From sequence record SRR2962707_2339: 56,424 nt of DNA. One strand, written 5' to 3'. A program made the translations under genes and the position numbers. The notes under the pieces were generated by a model that worked only from the letters and a program-made list of their open reading frames with translations, was not told the DNA's origin and did no database searches. Below, piece by piece: positions 40,670 to 49,493 of the stretch. Positions within the stretch are counted from its first letter, which is position 1. Each line of letters begins with the position of its first letter.

Positions 40670-43336
40670 CTAGGAACCGGCTCCGATCGATTTCAGAAAA
40701 TCATTCACCGATGCCTCGATGGCTTCGTTGTTCTCCGGCTCAGGCTGCGCTTCGGGTACTGGCGTTTGGAGTTCGACGACTTTCGGCTGGTGGATAATTT
40801 CCCCCATCGTCCGATTGATCATGAGCGCCAGTTCCGTGCGGTTGATCGGCTTCGTGACCACGCAGTTCATGCCGGCCTCAATATAGCCTTTCTTGTTTTC
40901 GGCCATGGCATCCGCTGTCAGTGCAATGATGGGGATGGATTTCTTCTCATTCTCCATGGCACGGATCTTACGGGTTGCATCAGGCCCCGACATGACAGGC
41001 ATTCTGATGTCCATCAAGATAAGGTCGTACGTGCCTTTGTTGTGCATTTCGATACCCAGCATCCCATTTTCAGCGATATCGCAGGTATGGCCAAAACCGG
41101 TAATGATTGATGAAATGATCTGTTGATTGAGCTTGTTGTCGTCGACGATCAGGATGTGCAATGGCCTGACGGCATGAAATGTCGTCGCGTTCATCAATGT
41201 CGATTTTTTGCGTAAATTTCTCACGTCACCACTCAAATACGGCAACTCGAACCAGAAACAGCTTCCTTTTCCATAGATACTGTTGACGCCGATCTGCCCA
41301 CCCAGCATTTCGATCAGTTTTTTCGATATCGACAATCCGAGCCCGGTTCCCTCGAAGCGGCGGGTGATTGATGCATCTGCTTGGGTAAATTCGGCAAACA
41401 GCTTGCCCACATCCTCTTGCTTGATACCGATCCCGGTATCTCGAACTTCGAATCTCAGTACAGGCTTATCTGTTCCCTTAGAAACACTGGATACGCTCAC
41501 CGTCACCTCTCCGGTTTCGGTAAATTTGACAGCGTTACCAACAAGGTTGACCAGAATCTGTCGGATCCGTGTCGGATCTGAACGGATACCGTGTGGCACA
41601 TCAGGTTGAATATTGGCTTTTATTTCGAGCCCATGAGGGCCATTCGCCTGTTTTCTGGAGAACAGTCCGACAACGTCATGGACCAGTCCGTGCAGGTCCA
41701 AATCCATCAGCTCGATCTTGAATTTTCCTGAATCGAGTTTCGACATATCGAGAATATCATTGATGATGCCGAGAAGTGACATTGATGATTCTTTGATGAC
41801 TTCGACCTGCATGCGGGCATTCTTGGAAAGATTGCTCTCGAGGAGAATTTCGGCAAAGCCGATGATACTTGTCATCGGCGTTCTTATTTCATGGCTCATT
41901 GAAGCCAGGAATTCCGATTTTGACCGCTCTGCCGCTTCAGCTTTGTTTCGAAGTTCGGCTTCCGTCTCGGCAAATTTCTGCAGTTCTGCTGCTTGCTCCT
42001 CAACACGGCGCTGCGCCTCCTTGATCTCTTCCAACTGCTGAACCAGTAGGGAAGATCGTTCCGCCAGAACATTCTCCTTTTCTTTCTCGGCGGTAATGTC
42101 CGTGCGGACGCTGATATACTGGATTGGTTTGTTTGCTTCGCCGATCAACGGGACGATTGTGGAAGCAACCCAGTAGCGGTTGCCATCCTTTGCCTGGTTA
42201 CAAATTTCACCGTGCCAGACTTGGCCGGAGGCAATCGTACGCCACATTTCCTTAAAGAACGATTTTGTGTGGCAGCCAGAATTAATTAACCTGTGGTTGG
42301 CGCCGATGATCTCCTCATAGCTATAGCCGGATAGGTCACAAAACTTCTTGTTCGCGTAGAGAATGTTGCCTTTGACGTCCGTGACGCTAACGATTGCGTG
42401 CTCGTCGATCGCGAGCTTCTGAAAGTTGAGCTCGTTAACAGCTTTATTCCGTTCTGACAGCAACCGCCCAACAAAGAAAAGGGGGATTACGATCAACGCC
42501 ATCACGAGCATGTATCTGAGAACAATTGCGCTTTCATTGGTGGCGCGTGTCGGCCAGCCTTGATGTGGCACGGCTAATATCTGCCAATTACCATAAGGCA
42601 GAGATACTGTGGCCACCTCCGGTGACAAGTCGAGAATATCGCTGTTTCCCAAAAAGAACTGTCCGTCCGCACCCTCTGCGTCCCGGCCACGGATCGCGAG
42701 GTGCATTTCCTGTTCTAGTTCAGGCAAACCACTGGCAGCGAACAGTTTATCGACGTCTATCACAGCCGATAACAGTCCCCAGAACTTATGGCGGCCCAAA
42801 TCTTCCTGAACTGAATAAACAGGCACCCTTGCGATGATTCCAACCCCGCCTTGAACCAGCTTAACGGGGCCGGCAATCACCATTCTGTTTTCTTCAATGG
42901 CCCTCAGTGCCAACTCTCTCTGGGCATCATTCTTATTAAAATCCAGACCAATGGCGGATCGATTTCCCTCAAGCGGGTACATGAGCCGAATGACAAGACC
43001 GGGTGCACCTCCGATGTTACGGATCTGGTATTTATCCTGGAACAATTCACGCGCTAGCGACTCGAACCGCGATTGATTTATTTCAGGTTCCGTTGCGACA
43101 GCGGCAACCATGCCCATGACCAAATTCGCATTGATGGCAATATTCTGCTCAAGCGCGGCGCGGACAGTATTCAGCCGCTCGGCAACGGTTTTACGTGCAT
43201 CAAACAAAGCCAGGCGTCGTGACTCGATGATTGAGCTCGACAAAAGAAAGACGATACATGTGCTTGCAAAAATCGCCAGCCCGTAGGCAACCCATGAATT
43301 CAAAAGGGCAGGTTTGTGTTCGGCAATACGCTTCAT
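40670..43336 (-). CDS. Hybrid sensor kinase (TM-CHASE-TM, PAS, HisKA, HATPase, REC)
   Basis: CHASE YPLEGNRSAIGLD...AGPVKLVQGG...FWG; PAS EMWRTIASGQVWHGEICN; SMSHEIRTPM; RRFEGTGLGL; LMDIRMP; alternative GTG start at 43378. Confidence 0.92.
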   Translation of the reverse strand: MKRIAEHKPALLNSWVAYGLAIFASTCIVFLLSSSIIESRRLALFDARKTVAERLNTVRAALEQNIAINANLVMGMVAAVATEPEINQSRFESLARELFQDKYQIRNIGGAPGLVIRLMYPLEGNRSAIGLDFNKNDAQRELALRAIEENRMVIAGPVKLVQGGVGIIARVPVYSVQEDLGRHKFWGLLSAVIDVDKLFAASGLPELEQEMHLAIRGRDAEGADGQFFLGNSDILDLSPEVATVSLPYGNWQILAVPHQGWPTRATNESAIVLRYMLVMALIVIPLFFVGRLLSERNKAVNELNFQKLAIDEHAIVSVTDVKGNILYANKKFCDLSGYSYEEIIGANHRLINSGCHTKSFFKEMWRTIASGQVWHGEICNQAKDGNRYWVASTIVPLIGEANKPIQYISVRTDITAEKEKENVLAERSSLLVQQLEEIKEAQRRVEEQAAELQKFAETEAELRNKAEAAERSKSEFLASMSHEIRTPMTSIIGFAEILLESNLSKNARMQVEVIKESSMSLLGIINDILDMSKLDSGKFKIELMDLDLHGLVHDVVGLFSRKQANGPHGLEIKANIQPDVPHGIRSDPTRIRQILVNLVGNAVKFTETGEVTVSVSSVSKGTDKPVLRFEVRDTGIGIKQEDVGKLFAEFTQADASITRRFEGTGLGLSISKKLIEMLGGQIGVNSIYGKGSCFWFELPYLSGDVRNLRKKSTLMNATTFHAVRPLHILIVDDNKLNQQIISSIITGFGHTCDIAENGMLGIEMHNKGTYDLILMDIRMPVMSGPDATRKIRAMENEKKSIPIIALTADAMAENKKGYIEAGMNCVVTKPINRTELALMINRTMGEIIHQPKVVELQTPVPEAQPEPENNEAIEASVNDFLKSIGAGS

Positions 43337-43350
43337 TTGCCTTACCCTAG

Positions 43351-43896
43351 TTATATATTTCCCAGAAATTCTGAACACTCTTCTTCATTGACGGCGATGG
43401 TTTGTTTGCGGAGTTCGAACTCGTTCACCACCAAACGAGCGAGCGTCTCGAGATGTGCAATTTGCGTTTCGAACAGATCGCGCTGGACATAATCAATGGC
43501 GCAGAGGGCACCTATCCGGAAACCGTCGGGCGTGATCAGCGGCGCACCGGCGTAAAAGCGGATGCCGGGCCAACCCATAACCAGAGGATTAAGCGAAAAT
43601 CGCTGATCATCCCTTGCGTCCGGTACGACGAGCACATTGCTGTCGAGGATCGTGTGCGCACAGAAAGACTCGCAACGCGACGTGTCCCATTTCGGCATGC
43701 CTATATTGGATATGAACCACAGTCTGTCACGGTCGACGATGGAAATAGCGGCGACAGGGACTTTCAGCAAATCAATAACGAGGTTGGCGATACGGTCGTA
43801 CGTCACTTCCCGGGTAATATCCAGAATCTGGTACTCGTACAGCTTTCTGACCCGCAGATCTTCGCTGGTTGGCAGCTTTGCAGGAATGAAACCCAT
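43351..43896 (-). CDS. Stand-alone GAF domain protein
   Basis: EDLRVRKLYEYQILD, SFCAHTIL, VVPDARDDQRF..NPLV...PGIRFYAGAPL. Confidence 0.88.
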   Translation of the reverse strand: MGFIPAKLPTSEDLRVRKLYEYQILDITREVTYDRIANLVIDLLKVPVAAISIVDRDRLWFISNIGMPKWDTSRCESFCAHTILDSNVLVVPDARDDQRFSLNPLVMGWPGIRFYAGAPLITPDGFRIGALCAIDYVQRDLFETQIAHLETLARLVVNEFELRKQTIAVNEEECSEFLGNI

Positions 43897-44134
43897 GTGA
43901 CATCTCCGTTCATAACGTCCGATCCGTCTTTGATTACGTCATGTTTGGCATCCATTTGTATCCGGAGTGTTTTTCCAATATTCAAAAATGTAAGCGCACA
44001 GGCATCCCATTTGCGGCGCCTCAACGCATGCTGCCTGCACCAATGCCATTGAATATCAAGCATCGCCGAATATGAGCCGATTTCTCTGCTTTCATGCATC
44101 AAAATCACCGACCGTTTAGGTGGCCGACGTCCAC

Positions 44135-44149
44135 TTACATTTCTTTACA
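44135..44149 (+). promoter_or_regulatory. TTACA-N5-TTACA direct repeat (16-mer identical to the 28457-28472 site)
   Basis: CTTACATTTCTTTACA. Confidence 0.55.
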
Positions 44150-44603
44150 ACTTTGATTTCGGGAAAAATCCCCAGGCGACATAACTGGGCGATACTTGGC
44201 TACAGTCGGATGTTTGAATTTTTTAAAGCACGGACCAAAACGAACGCGGCATTGAAGAAGCATCGAAACACAATCTGGTTAACCCGTCATGCGACTAACG
44301 CCAATTCAGATGATAACGAAAGGTCTACGGGATGATTGTCCTCGGCATTCAAATGGTATTTCTTGAAATTCCTCCGGCACCTTATGAACCGGAAATACTT
44401 CTTCCAGACTCAGATGCACAAAAGAGCGGTTTGTTCGCTTCGTCATTCTTTAAAAGATCTCCGTCAGTTAAGCCTCGCGGTGATCGGCAACCCGGCAGTG
44501 TTCCGTTATCTTTTCAAAATGATGCCAGGAGAAAGGAACAGATTGATTGAAGCGGCAGCCGAATTGACGATTGCGTCTTCTCGTCCTTTATCGTCCAGGT
44601 TTA

Positions 44604-45290
44604 TTAGGCGCATTTTTGCAGTTCATTCGGGAACAAGACTTCGACAACGGTGCCTTGCTGGGCATAGCTCTCAATGTTGATGCGGCCGCCGTGCATTTCG
44701 GCGAGGCCGCGCACGATCGGCATATTTTCATTCGCTGAACGAAGCGCCATCTGCGCTTCGGCGACCGAGGATGCGATGCGGGATTTCTCTTTCTTTGTGA
44801 TTTCGAACATCTTGGCGAATTCAGCCGCAGCTTCACCGGTCACTTCAAGTGCACGCGCCTGGTCGATGGTCATCGGGTGCTTGACGAGTTTGATCTGCGG
44901 TTCTGCGATCCCTGTGCGCCAGGCCTGCATGTGTCCGCTAAGTTTTTCGAGTGAAGCCCGTAGTTCTGACGAACTGGATGGATCTTCCATCTCTGCGCTC
45001 AGGGCAGCATCGAACTGCTTTGCGCTTTCCGTGTAATTATCGATGTATGAGACATCGCCGGTGATCAGAAGGCCCCGGATTGCCGTTTGCTGTGCGGCGG
45101 CAAGGCGCAGCACTTCATCCAGGCTCACTTCCGATGTCATGTGGGCCACGACATCGTCACTGGTTTTTTGAACGAATGACATCGTCGCAAATGTGATCGT
45201 GCTGACGATGGCCATGGTCAAGACGATGAGCGTGAAAGCACCAATGATCTTCTTGCCGATTTTCACGTTACTCAGACTGAGTTTTTTCAT
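44604..45290 (-). pseudogene. Chimeric remnant: MCP N-terminus (TM1 + helical periplasmic domain) fused to a HATPase C-terminal tail
   Basis: NVKIGKKIIGAF TM1 and RGLLITGD..Y CHASE3-like segment, then abruptly PIVRGLAEMHGGRINIES..QGTVVEVLFP; no TM2, HAMP or MCP domain. Confidence 0.7.
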
Positions 45291-45322
45291 TTTCAGGTTC
45301 CTATCTGGGGGCGACTTGATGC

Positions 45323-45958
45323 TTAGTTGATGAGGGCTTGTGCGTAGCGTCGTGACAACTCGGTGATGTTGACTTCGACGGTAATCGCGCCAAGAGCTTT
45401 ATTGGTTTCCGGGTCGCTGACGGTCATGTTGATCTGTACGCGTTGCGTCCCGGTTCCCTTGTGAAATTCTGGCTCGTCAATAAAGATGGCATCCGGTGCA
45501 ACCTTGTAGGTTTTCTGCCATTTCCCTTCATCGCCCTGCCAGTAATCCGATGTAACGCTGCTCAGGCCGACGTTCAGGCCGACGTTGTCCATGACGAAAA
45601 TCTCGCTGTACAGGCCCAGTGAGTTTGCCTGTATGCGGGTGAGATACGTTGAAAGCGGACTGCCGAACAATTGCGCGATCAGGGGCTGAACGTCTTCTTT
45701 CCGTTCGGCACGCCACATTTTGTCCATTTCGATGATTTTTTCCTCGGACAACCCTGCATGACGCTTGTTCTGGGCTTTGAGGGCGATGAGGACGACAGGG
45801 TGACGGGACCATTCAGCAATTTTGGGCACCACATGCTCTTTGAGAACGGTGCGCATGGCGTCATCCGCTTTTGCCGAGGGGGTGGAAATTGCGAACATAG
45901 ACAGTGCGACAGCGACAGCAGCGGCGCTGCGTCGGGTTCTGGTGAAAAAGTTGAGCAT
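45323..45958 (-). CDS. Secreted stand-alone PDC/Cache-type sensor protein
   Basis: Signal peptide (AKA/D); MDKMWRAE, EIFVMDNVGLNVGLSSVTSDYWQGDEGKW, GAITVEVN; GGAGG RBS. Confidence 0.75.
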   Translation of the reverse strand: MLNFFTRTRRSAAAVAVALSMFAISTPSAKADDAMRTVLKEHVVPKIAEWSRHPVVLIALKAQNKRHAGLSEEKIIEMDKMWRAERKEDVQPLIAQLFGSPLSTYLTRIQANSLGLYSEIFVMDNVGLNVGLSSVTSDYWQGDEGKWQKTYKVAPDAIFIDEPEFHKGTGTQRVQINMTVSDPETNKALGAITVEVNITELSRRYAQALIN

Positions 45959-46148
45959 TTAAGCCTCCAATAAAAATTCAGTTGGAGGACACTACGAGGA
46001 CAATCTTTCAGGCAGTTTTCCGCAATGTTTCGAATTGTGTCGTGATTTTAAATTGCAGGTGATCAGGACATGTAATGCCAGCTTTCACCCGAAAGTGATG
46101 ATGCGTGCCGGCTTTTGAGCGCGTTATATCGGTGCCATTTAAGTCAGC

Positions 46149-47051
46149 TCAATTAAAGCTGTCGTCTTGGCGGGCCATGTCAGCGACGACATTTCGAAAT
46201 CCGGTAACGATTGGTGATTTGTCGTTTGTACGCCAGGCAAGCGCAACCTGCACGGGGGCAGGGGATTCTTCGATCTCAATAAAATGAATGCCCGGGACAT
46301 TAAGGTTCCTGGCCACGGAGGGGATGACGGCAACGCCAATCCCGGCACGCACCAGACCAAGAACGGTATGTATCTGCGTCGCATATTGACGCACCCGCGG
46401 GGCAAAGCCGGCGCGTTCACACATGGCAATGATTCTCGAGTGAAAGAGCGGACTTTGTTTTTGTGAGAAGAACACCCAGTCGACACCCCGCAGCGCACTT
46501 ATCGAAGCCGTCTGATGCTTGGCCAGAGGGTGCGTATCCGGTGTGACGATCAGGAACGGCTCTTCACGGATGATCATTGTTTCGAGCCGGGGGTCATCGA
46601 CCGGTGGCCTCAGGATCGCAACGTCGATGATGTTTTCGTTGAGCGCTTCGATCTGATCCCAGATCGTGTATTCATTCAGCACCAGCTCGACATCCGGATA
46701 CTTCGCACAATAATGCTCGAGGATGACCGGGGTCACACTGTAAGTCGACGAGTGGATAAACCCGATGCTGAGGCGCCCAGCTTCACCGGCATTTGCGCGG
46801 CGGACATCGGCGCCGGCTTTTTCAATATCTTCAAGAATGCGCAGGGCACGGTCCAGATAGAGCCGTCCGGCTGGCGTCAGCCGGACGCTGCGCTGTGTCC
46901 GCTCAAGAAGCTGCGCACCCAGTGAGCTCTCGAGCTGACGAATTTGCCGGCTCAAAGCGGGCTGCGCCACGTGCAGGCGTGCGGCTGCGCGGGTGAAATG
47001 AAGTTCTTCGGCAACCGCGACAAAGTAATGGATTTGTTTGAGGCTCTGCAT
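46149..47051 (-). CDS. LysR-family transcriptional regulator
   Basis: YFVAVAEELHFTRAAARLHVAQPALSRQIRQLE HTH and substrate-binding domain. Confidence 0.95.
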   Translation of the reverse strand: MQSLKQIHYFVAVAEELHFTRAAARLHVAQPALSRQIRQLESSLGAQLLERTQRSVRLTPAGRLYLDRALRILEDIEKAGADVRRANAGEAGRLSIGFIHSSTYSVTPVILEHYCAKYPDVELVLNEYTIWDQIEALNENIIDVAILRPPVDDPRLETMIIREEPFLIVTPDTHPLAKHQTASISALRGVDWVFFSQKQSPLFHSRIIAMCERAGFAPRVRQYATQIHTVLGLVRAGIGVAVIPSVARNLNVPGIHFIEIEESPAPVQVALAWRTNDKSPIVTGFRNVVADMARQDDSFN

Positions 47052-47063
47052 CTGACACCCCCT

Positions 47064-47084
47064 TTGATAGCAAAAAAGTATCAA
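47064..47084. promoter_or_regulatory. LysR recognition site (T-N11-A inverted repeat)
   Basis: TTGATA-GCAAAAAAG-TATCAA between the divergent lysR and rraA-like genes. Confidence 0.7.
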
Positions 47085-47175
47085 TAGAGGTTAAACTATA
47101 TATTGGACGTCTAATAGAGCTATTTCGTAGGGTCCTATGAACAGGACGAAAAGTCTGATTTTTTGGGAGAGAAAT

Positions 47176-47844
47176 ATGTCTATTGGTTTTCGTATCGTCA
47201 GCGACTGTGCGCGTGCGGATCAGTCTCTTGTCGATGCTTTTGCGGAAATCCCGACAGCCATTATCAGTGACAACATGAACCGCATGTTTGCGGGCGGGCC
47301 GACATTGCGGCCGATGCATAAATCCGGGGGATTGGCCGGTAACGCGCTAACCGTCAGAACCTGCCCGGGTGACAACCTGATGATCCACAAAGCTGCGGAT
47401 ATTGCCCAACCCGGCGATGTTATCGTCGTGGACGCCGCCGGTGATCTGACGAACAGTCTGGTTGGCGAGATTCTTGTGTCATACGCCCGTTCCCGGGGTG
47501 TTGTCGGCTATGTCATTGACGGCGCCGTCCGGGATCTCGATGCGATTGCTCAGGATACCTTTCCGATATATGCCGCCGGTGTCTCTCACCGTGGGCCGTA
47601 CAAGGACGGCCCCGGCGAAATCAATGTCCCTGTATCCATCGGCGGGATGGTCGTTCATCCGGGCGATATCATTATCGGCGATCTGGACGGCGTGCTGGCG
47701 GTGCCGCTGGACCATGCTGAAACGATCCTTGCCTCAGCCAAGGCGCAACAGGACAAGGAAGCGGCAATCATGGACGCGATTTCCAAGGGAACATGGGACC
47801 GTTCCTGGGTCGATGAGATTCTGAAAAGTAAGGGTCTTCAATAA
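47176..47844 (+). CDS. RraA/HMG-aldolase family protein
   Basis: PGDNLMIH, LVGEIL, IDGAVRD, GPYKDGPGEIN, PGDIIIGDLDG. Confidence 0.9.
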   Translation: MSIGFRIVSDCARADQSLVDAFAEIPTAIISDNMNRMFAGGPTLRPMHKSGGLAGNALTVRTCPGDNLMIHKAADIAQPGDVIVVDAAGDLTNSLVGEILVSYARSRGVVGYVIDGAVRDLDAIAQDTFPIYAAGVSHRGPYKDGPGEINVPVSIGGMVVHPGDIIIGDLDGVLAVPLDHAETILASAKAQQDKEAAIMDAISKGTWDRSWVDEILKSKGLQ

Positions 47845-47953
47845 AACGGTTGTGGACTCCGGGCATCAGCCTGGATCAACCGCAACGAAATTCATGGATG
47901 TAGAAATTCCGGCGCAGTTCAGCTGCGAGGGTGAAACAGGAGGAGGAACACAG

Positions 47954-48901
47954 ATGAAATTCAAAACAATTATCGCTGCAATTGCAGCCACGGTTCTGAC
48001 GGTCAGCTATACAAGTGCCGTCAAAGCCGAATGGAAGCCGGATCGTCCTATTCAGATCACGGTCGGTTTTTCACCGGGTGGCGGCACGGATGCCACGGCT
48101 CGCCTTATTGCTTCGGCAAGCCAGGAGTTCTTTTCGGTTCCGCTGGTCGTCGTAAACCGGCCGGGCGCATCAGGCACTCTCGCTGCTGAAATCGTCGCGA
48201 ACGCGGCGCCGGATGGGTATACCCTGCTTGTCGCCGGTGGGAGTGAAAGCACTTCAGTGCCAAATCACCTCAAGACCAACTACAAGCTGTCCCAGTTCCG
48301 TGGCGTGGTTCGCGTCAACCGTGAACATATGGTCATCGTGACCAAGGCTGGCAGCGGTCTTGATAGTGTCGACAAAATCGTTGAACGCGCAAAGGCCAAT
48401 CCCGGCGCACTGAGCTATGGCTCATCGGGTCCTGCAAGCATTCTGCATTCCGCGTTTCTGGTGTTCGAGAAAGAAGCCGGGATACAGATGAAGCACGTTC
48501 CCTATAAAGGCGGTGCCCCTGCTCTGGCAGCCCTGTTGGGTGGTCATATCGACATGACGATCCTGACCGGTGCAGATGCAGCGACCCAGTCGGCGGCTGG
48601 AAATGTCGTTGCCGTTGCAACGACCTCGGACCGTGCCCCGCAGATTCCGGATGTGAAGTCTCTGAGCGAACAGGGCTACAACGTCAATCTGGAAAACATG
48701 AAAGGCCTTGTCGCGCCGGCCGATACCCCTGACGAAGTTGTCGCCTACCTGCATGAGCGCTTCAGGAAAGCCATGGAAAGCGAAACTTTCGCGCGATTGG
48801 CAAAGCGTGCCAAGATCGTGCCGGGTTATCTGAATGGTGATGACTTCGAAAAAGCGATGAAGGGCATGTCCGCCTCTATCGCTGCTGCGCTCGGCAAGTG
48901 A
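47954..48901 (+). CDS. tctC: Tripartite tricarboxylate transporter substrate-binding protein
   Basis: FSPGGGTDATAR, VNRPGASG, PDGYTLL, HVPYKGGAPA; signal peptide; AGGAGG RBS. Confidence 0.92.
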   Translation: MKFKTIIAAIAATVLTVSYTSAVKAEWKPDRPIQITVGFSPGGGTDATARLIASASQEFFSVPLVVVNRPGASGTLAAEIVANAAPDGYTLLVAGGSESTSVPNHLKTNYKLSQFRGVVRVNREHMVIVTKAGSGLDSVDKIVERAKANPGALSYGSSGPASILHSAFLVFEKEAGIQMKHVPYKGGAPALAALLGGHIDMTILTGADAATQSAAGNVVAVATTSDRAPQIPDVKSLSEQGYNVNLENMKGLVAPADTPDEVVAYLHERFRKAMESETFARLAKRAKIVPGYLNGDDFEKAMKGMSASIAAALGK

Positions 48902-48922
48902 TTGGCAGGGTAGGATCGTAAC

Positions 48923-49387
48923 GTGAGCATGAATGGGACCCGTATCGCCGGTATCGCCGGTATCTTTGTTTCCGTCATCTTTCTGATGATGATGGTGCCA
49001 AACATCGAAGAGAATCGCTTCACCGGCGGCGGGGCCCAATTCTATACGGTCGGCCCGGCTTTCGTGCCGTACTTCGCAGGCGCCTTTACGCTGCTTTTCA
49101 GCGTTCTCATGACGCTCTCCGCCGGAGCTCAACAAGAAACCGGCAGCGGAGAAGGGATCAAAAAGGCCGTCATGTTCATGGTTATTCTGACGGCCTTCTG
49201 CTTCGGCATAGAAATTCTGGGCTTCCTGTTGGCTGCCGTATTCTTTCTGGGCGGGACGTTTATCTGCTTTCGGGCAGGCCGGCCTTTGCTCTCAGCCGTG
49301 ATCGCCGTTAGCGCGCCTATCGCTATAGATTTGCTTCTCAGGAAGGTGTTCCTCGTGCCTTTGCCAACGGCACCATTCCTTAATTAG
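48923..49387 (+). CDS. tctB: Tripartite tricarboxylate transporter small membrane subunit
   Basis: About 4 TM, VGPAFVP, LGFLLA, VFLVPLP. Confidence 0.8.
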   Translation: MSMNGTRIAGIAGIFVSVIFLMMMVPNIEENRFTGGGAQFYTVGPAFVPYFAGAFTLLFSVLMTLSAGAQQETGSGEGIKKAVMFMVILTAFCFGIEILGFLLAAVFFLGGTFICFRAGRPLLSAVIAVSAPIAIDLLLRKVFLVPLPTAPFLN

Positions 49388-49493
49388 CGCACATTTTCTG
49401 AAAGTAATTCGCACGGTTAATCGTGTCTGCGCCTGAACTCCAGAGCCGTTTAGAACGCCTCTGCCGGCGTGACCCATTCGAATGAAGGAAGCC

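Larger units (their letters stand above)
10266..46100. mobile_element. Putative genomic island (signalling/chemotaxis cargo) at the tRNA-Ser 3' end; right boundary uncertain
   Basis: By-eye drop in GC immediately after the tRNA, AT-rich intergenic tracts, repeat cluster at 10390-10549, chimeric gene near 44720; no integrase or att duplicate seen in the window. Confidence 0.45.

Noticed and set aside
47064-47084. FNR/FixK box
   Set aside because: TTGAT and ATCAA are 11 bp apart, not 4; it fits a LysR site. I noticed no canonical FNR box in the island.
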